From Podarcis filfolensis (taxonomy: Eukaryota): a DNA stretch of 64,000 nucleotides. The stretch's first letter is position 1. Each line of letters starts with the position of its first letter. Of the stretch, positions 60,128 through 64,000 are shown piece after piece. The notes under the pieces are model-generated. The model saw nothing but the letters and a program-made list of their open reading frames with translations, was not told where the DNA came from and ran no database searches. The stretch is from the NCBI GenBank assembly GCA_964270895.1, contig OZ185437.1; one strand, 5' to 3'. The translations under genes were made by a program, and so were the position numbers.

Positions 60128-62308
60128 GTAAGATTCTGCCTTTTTGGTTAAAGATTGTTTTCTCTATTTACTTGCCTCCTATTCTTTCCCATTGTTTTGC
60201 TGTCAAGACATACAGCTTGAATTTGTGCCCCTTCCTTAGGTTTTTAATGAGTAGTTGGTGGTGGGGATTGAAATTTATCAAGTGTTTAAAAGAAGCTGGC
60301 ACCACCCAGAACTGACAAGGAGCAGAGATCCTACCCACTAGCCCCAGCCATGGAGCCATTTTTGCCTTTTATGTTGTCCTATCCATGACCACTGCAAGGT
60401 TACAAATTAGCCTGTGTCTCCATTCTCGCCATACATAGTCCAGAATCTGCGTCCTGAAATTATATTGGACTGCTCCCATAATGCAAAAGGCTTATTTGCC
60501 CCTTAGTCTTCCCCAACTTCATCCGTTTTTAAAAGTTATTCCCTCCCCCCCGACTGTTCACAGAGAACCCCTTTTAAGATTCTGTTATATGAAAAGATTT
60601 TTGTCACACCCACACACCCAATTTCCCCAAAACGTGTCTTTTAAAAAAACTATATTTTTATAGGTTTAATAATTTAATAATGAATAATAAAAAATCGTCC
60701 GAAGGCAAGCTTAAGAATTGCAGTTCTCACCATAGCCCCTTTTACACTTTGGCCATGAAACTTAGGCATGCACCCTTAGGCCATCAGAGTGCAGCCATAA
60801 GCCCCCTAAAGGTGAGCCACTCCTGGCACGTCATGATGCGACTGAGCCACAGTGAGCCTCAGGCTCCTTTGCTCCCCTGTCTCCATTCAGCACAGACATA
60901 GAGGAAAGAAGTTCAGAAGCTTTCACTTCCAGTTCTAATTTCTCATTATTATTGAATAGATATTATCCTGCCCTCCAAATAAGATTCACTAGGGAGTGCG
61001 ATCCAGTCCACAATAGGTTGACCACCGCTGATTATTCTCTATTGGCTGGGGTATTCAAAAGTTATTTACATATTTAGTACAGAGACTAGTCTACGCTGAA
61101 AACACTTGTTGAAAAGAATACAAACTCTGAATTGAATACATTTATTTGAAGACAGTAACCCGTAAGCTTCTTGCATGCGATTCTAAACACGCATACTTAG
61201 AAGTGTCTTGTAATGGAATTTCCTTGGTACACTTGGGATTGGAGTGCCGCTTTCAGTAAATTTCTATTCTCTGCTGAAACTGTGTAGTCAATAGTTTTGA
61301 TACATAATAATCTGAGCTACATTCCATAATGTAGAATTGCTCTCAAGCACCATATGGTACTTTGTCCCATACTGGAACGGTGGACCTGACCTTTGATATT
61401 GTGGTGAAACTGTTGATGCTGTAGCTTCTTTATCCATACTCCGTTATGTTGGCAGACTGGTTTATTTTAACTCAATTTACTGATATACATAGTTTACTTT
61501 TAAAGCGTTCCGTAGCAATAAAAGATGCTCCAGCTGTTTTTTTAAAAAAGAAAAATGCTTTTTTGAGACTTCTGTTTCTTAAAACAAGATGAGAATCCTG
61601 ACTGTAGCAGAATAAGTGCTCAAAAGCATAGCTGTGGGTACGGTATGGAAGAGCAGGATTTTCTGCAAGGCAAAGACAAGTCCGCATATTGTGGCTGACA
61701 CATCCCAGCCTGCCCTTCAGACGTATGGGGCAAGGTCTCATCTGAGATCACGCCATGTTCAAGATCCAAAGTCACTGTGTGGTGGTGGGAGTTCCTTTGG
61801 TCCCCTGCCCTCTGAGCTAGAAAGTGAGCTGAGGGGCTTTCCCTCTTGCACTGAGTCACAGCGACACCTGGAAAGCACTGAGAAATCTCTTCATTGGGGA
61901 GGGCGTCTGCATATTTTCCAGACCAGAGAAGGGTGTACGCTTTCTGTGATACTACCCTCAGCAGGTTGAAAGATCCTCTGGCCAGTGGCAAACTGGCATT
62001 TGTAGACCCTTGGGTGGTGATGAACATGAAGGAAGGGTGGGCCTTGAGAGATGCCACCTGCTCCCATTGTTCAAATATTATTTCAGTCCAGTTGTTTCTG
62101 AGGCATTGCTAGATACTGCAGTGGGCAATCCCTCTTCCTGCTGCTGGACTGTGATATCATAGAAACCTTCTCAAGGCTGCTCTCTTCCATTGTGCTGCAG
62201 TGGTTTACAAAAAGAAAATCTGGTTGCAAACCTTCTCTTGCAGGCAAATCAAATCTCCTGTCTCTTGTGCCTGGCATCTGGAATTCTGCATGTGACCTGA
62301 ATTCACAG

Positions 62309-62443
62309 CAGGACTGGGGAATCTGTGGCTGTCTAGATGTTGGACTAAAACTCCCATCAGCCCTGACCATTGTCCAGGCTGGCTGGGCTTGATGGGAGTT
62401 GGTGTCTAATAGCATTTGGAGGAATGCACGTCCCCCAGCCCTG
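62309..62443. mobile_element. Older copy of the palindromic hAT-MITE group
   Basis: caggactggggaa...tcccccagccctg; inner ggactaaaactcccatcag / gatgggagttggtgtc. Confidence 0.65.
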
Positions 62444-62971
62444 ATACCAAGATGCCATTTAGCTATCATGGCTAATAGATATTGATAGACCTGTTCTTCT
62501 CCCACCAGAGGAAACAACCTACTCATAAAAAGCTGCTATACTGGGGGGAACTAGGCTGGTACCCTTTTCACTGGCATATCGCTTCCTGTGTGCATAGAGT
62601 GTGTTTTAAAAGTGGGAGGACCATTCAACCCTCCACCAAAATGTGCTCTAAGTTAGAACAGTCTGTGGCTATGTAGTCTATAGTCCAGTTTTGTTCTTTG
62701 GTGAACTGTACGTCTAAAGATCCTTTGAAGTCTGTAGTGTGTGGTAATGTGAATGTGGAATTTGACTCTGAGTCCAATTGAATTCTTTTGGCAATGTGGA
62801 TAAGAAATCATCCCTTAATTTTGATGCATGTGTAAAACAGGAGCTTCTGTGTAATTTAACATTCTCTATCTGTCTGCCATTCCTGACATTTTCAGCTAAT
62901 AAAGGTCATCTTAAAAAATTTAGGCTACAACAGGTATTCGCATATTGAGCTCATGTCTCTCTATTGTATAG

Positions 62972-63027
62972 GTCCCAATGTCATTGAACCCTTTCAAGTG
63001 AAATCTCAGTTGAACAATGGCTCCAAG
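62972..63027 (+). CDS. TMEM181: TMEM181 exon 3
   Basis: tgtatag|GT...AAG|gtaagt; (G)PNVIEPFQVKSQLNNGSK, resembling human GPKVIQTSAANFSLNNSKK as I recall it; phase 1-0. Confidence 0.88.
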
Positions 63028-63749
63028 GTAAGTCTTATACTGTTTATAGATTGTGCATGCTTGTTCTGACACACAAATATTTCAGGGTGGGATTCACCTA
63101 ACAAGCCCTGTCAGGACTTATGCTTGTGCAATGGGGCTTTCCTCTCATACTCCCACCTGAGCCCCATGAAATGGGCTCCGAGAGGGAGGTTGGGAGAACC
63201 CCCAGAACTGTGTGCAGTTGGAGGAGAGGGAGAGTCGTTTCACCTGGTTAGCTGGAACAATAGGAAGAACACAACATTGAATTTCACACGTAGCGTCAAG
63301 TATTTGGTGTATTCCACATAATCCTTCCTAGGTCTGTGGGAGTTTGCCTTAGGACTTATTCCATCAGCTCTTGAGCTGGTCATGTTACATGGGGCATTTT
63401 CAGGACCCTGTGGAGCGAAGCAGAACCTAGACTGCAGACCTTGTGTAGGGCGTGGGGTTCAAAGGTCATCTGCAGGTAGCCATACTGTACAGTCTAATCT
63501 CAATGATATCAACAGAGGGTATGGATGCTCCTCCGAGCTCCTGCCACAGTCGTGACATACAGAAAAGAGAGGCATTCATTTGCCTAAGAACTGATTGATA
63601 GCACTTTTTCATCGTGTCCTAGTTTTTTTTGCTGTGCCTTATAAGAATCCCTTCACTTTGCTTTGCTCTTCTAGAAAACACGATGAACAAGAAGACAGTA
63701 TCTGCACGTTTCCTGCAACAAGCATTTTAGCTGTGCTGCATGTTGATGA

Positions 63750-63830
63750 GGAAGGGCCATGACTCAGTGGCAGAACACATTCTATGCATGCAGAAGGTCC
63801 CAGATTCAATCCCAAAAATATTCAGTTAAA
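63750..63830 (+). mobile_element. tRNA-derived SINE head
   Basis: A-box tgactcagtgg and B-box gattcaatccc, no complete cloverleaf. Confidence 0.5.
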
Positions 63831-64000
63831 GTTCTGATGTAGCAGTGCTTGCAAGATTTCTGCCAGTCTTCTGGAGAACCCCTGGTAGAATAGATTGGCC
63901 TGCATCCAGTCCTTTACTCTGCTCATGCACTGATTTAGAACACTCACTGCCTCGTCTGGATTTGAAGAAAAGGAGAGAGAAAGCTGGGTGTAATCCACAT

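Noticed and set aside
63750-63830. Possible tRNA gene
   Set aside because: Has A and B boxes but no full cloverleaf; fits a SINE head.

Overview
Vertebrate genomic DNA, most likely a lacertid lizard (inferred from the repeat complement and the reptile-like proteins). The window holds coding exons 2-14 of TULP4 (+ strand, CDS 20618-45259). Exon 1 lies upstream, so 1-20617 is the distal part of intron 1. All 13 exons have GT-AG boundaries and their phases join into one 4536-nt frame: WD40 repeats, SOCS box, a 2657-nt low-complexity exon 13 and a C-terminal tubby-like domain. A probable long 3' UTR runs to about 50.65-51.2 kb. The 5' end of TMEM181 follows on the same strand, with two CpG-island promoters, two alternative phase-2 first exons (52804/52819-52949 and 54918-54931) and exons at 60024-60127 and 62972-63027. 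Introns carry a decayed Chapaev3-type transposon with a nested Tc1/mariner MITE, a Penelope-type inverted repeat with a hammerhead-ribozyme core, several hAT and Tc/mariner MITEs, CR1/L2/L1/SINE fragments and microsatellites. Most listed ORFs are noise or shadows of real exons. I cannot demonstrate a new multi-gene system. The best leads are a miR-9 site with TDMD-like 3' pairing, the hammerhead hairpin, the Chapaev3 element, ZNF143-motif-carrying MITEs and isoform-level features of TULP4 and TMEM181.
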